A DNA stretch of 63,706 nucleotides, filler included, from Octopus bimaculoides (taxonomy: Eukaryota): NCBI RefSeq assembly GCF_001194135.2. It is 4 parts of 4 records of this genome, joined end to end, with 100 filler letters (N's around TTAATTAATTAA, not from the genome) between each part and the next. Parts side by side here need not be neighbours in the genome. Positions count along the whole stretch, not along the records: positions 56,403 to 63,706 come from NC_068988.1; 3 more parts are not named here. One strand, 5' to 3'. Positions 63,296-63,706 of this stretch are shown here, piece by piece. The notes beneath the pieces are model-generated. The model searched no databases. It saw only the letters and a list, made by a program, of their open reading frames with translations, and was not told the origin of the DNA. Both the position numbers and the translations under genes were made by a program. The stretch's first letter is position 1. Every line of letters starts with the position of its first letter.

Positions 63296-63706
63296 TATAT
63301 AAATATGTAACATATTTATTATACTGTATTATATATATTAATTAAAGGCAATGAGCTGGTAGAATTGATGTCACACAAATTTACGGAAAAATTTGGATAA
63401 GTACTGTTTTCACTTTGCTAAAGATTTTCTACTATTTGAAAATAATATGTATTCTTGTTTTTATACTATTCAGTTGGTTCTTTATAGATTATTTTAATAG
63501 ATAACTTATTTAACACTATATTATTTAGAAGTTATAGTTTCATTTCAACATAATATTAGAACTTCGATTGGAATAGTGTTGATATATTTTCGATTATTTT
63601 TGATTAATATTATTTGATTAATTATTAATCTTTATAGTTTATAATATCGTTAAAGTTTTTTTTTAATCAAAACTTTGTATATATATATAAAGTTTAACCT
63701 TTTAAG

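Overview
Eukaryotic, AT-rich, microsatellite-dense scaffold with many N gaps. The SINE, mariner and LINE repertoire resembles Octopus; this is inferred from recognition, not a database search. There is no CRISPR array, operon or other prokaryotic feature, and almost all listed ORFs are microsatellite or gap artefacts. The one well-supported host gene is a + strand astacin (M12A) zinc metalloprotease. Six of its coding exons (13785-26481) can be spliced by hand with canonical GT-AG sites and fully consistent phases. They encode the propeptide (ELDMML), a furin-type RKRR site, HEVGHAVGLVHE and the SVMHY Met-turn. Its first exon is uncertain, and its 3' exons were not found and probably lie in gaps. 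A second possible gene starts with a signal-peptide-like exon at 47305-47386. The rest is transposon-derived: R4/Dong-like, CR1-like and RTE LINE fragments, a Gypsy 3' end with LTR, Tigger/pogo, two mariners, a Chapaev3-like relic, a hAT-type MITE and four tRNA-derived SINE families. The most unusual layer is a set of Penelope-like element remnants carrying hammerhead-ribozyme (HHR) motifs. One at 23648-23771 has an intact core on the sense strand of an astacin intron. The set also includes several decayed copies, two fold-back structures, and an inverted intronic pair bracketing five astacin exons.
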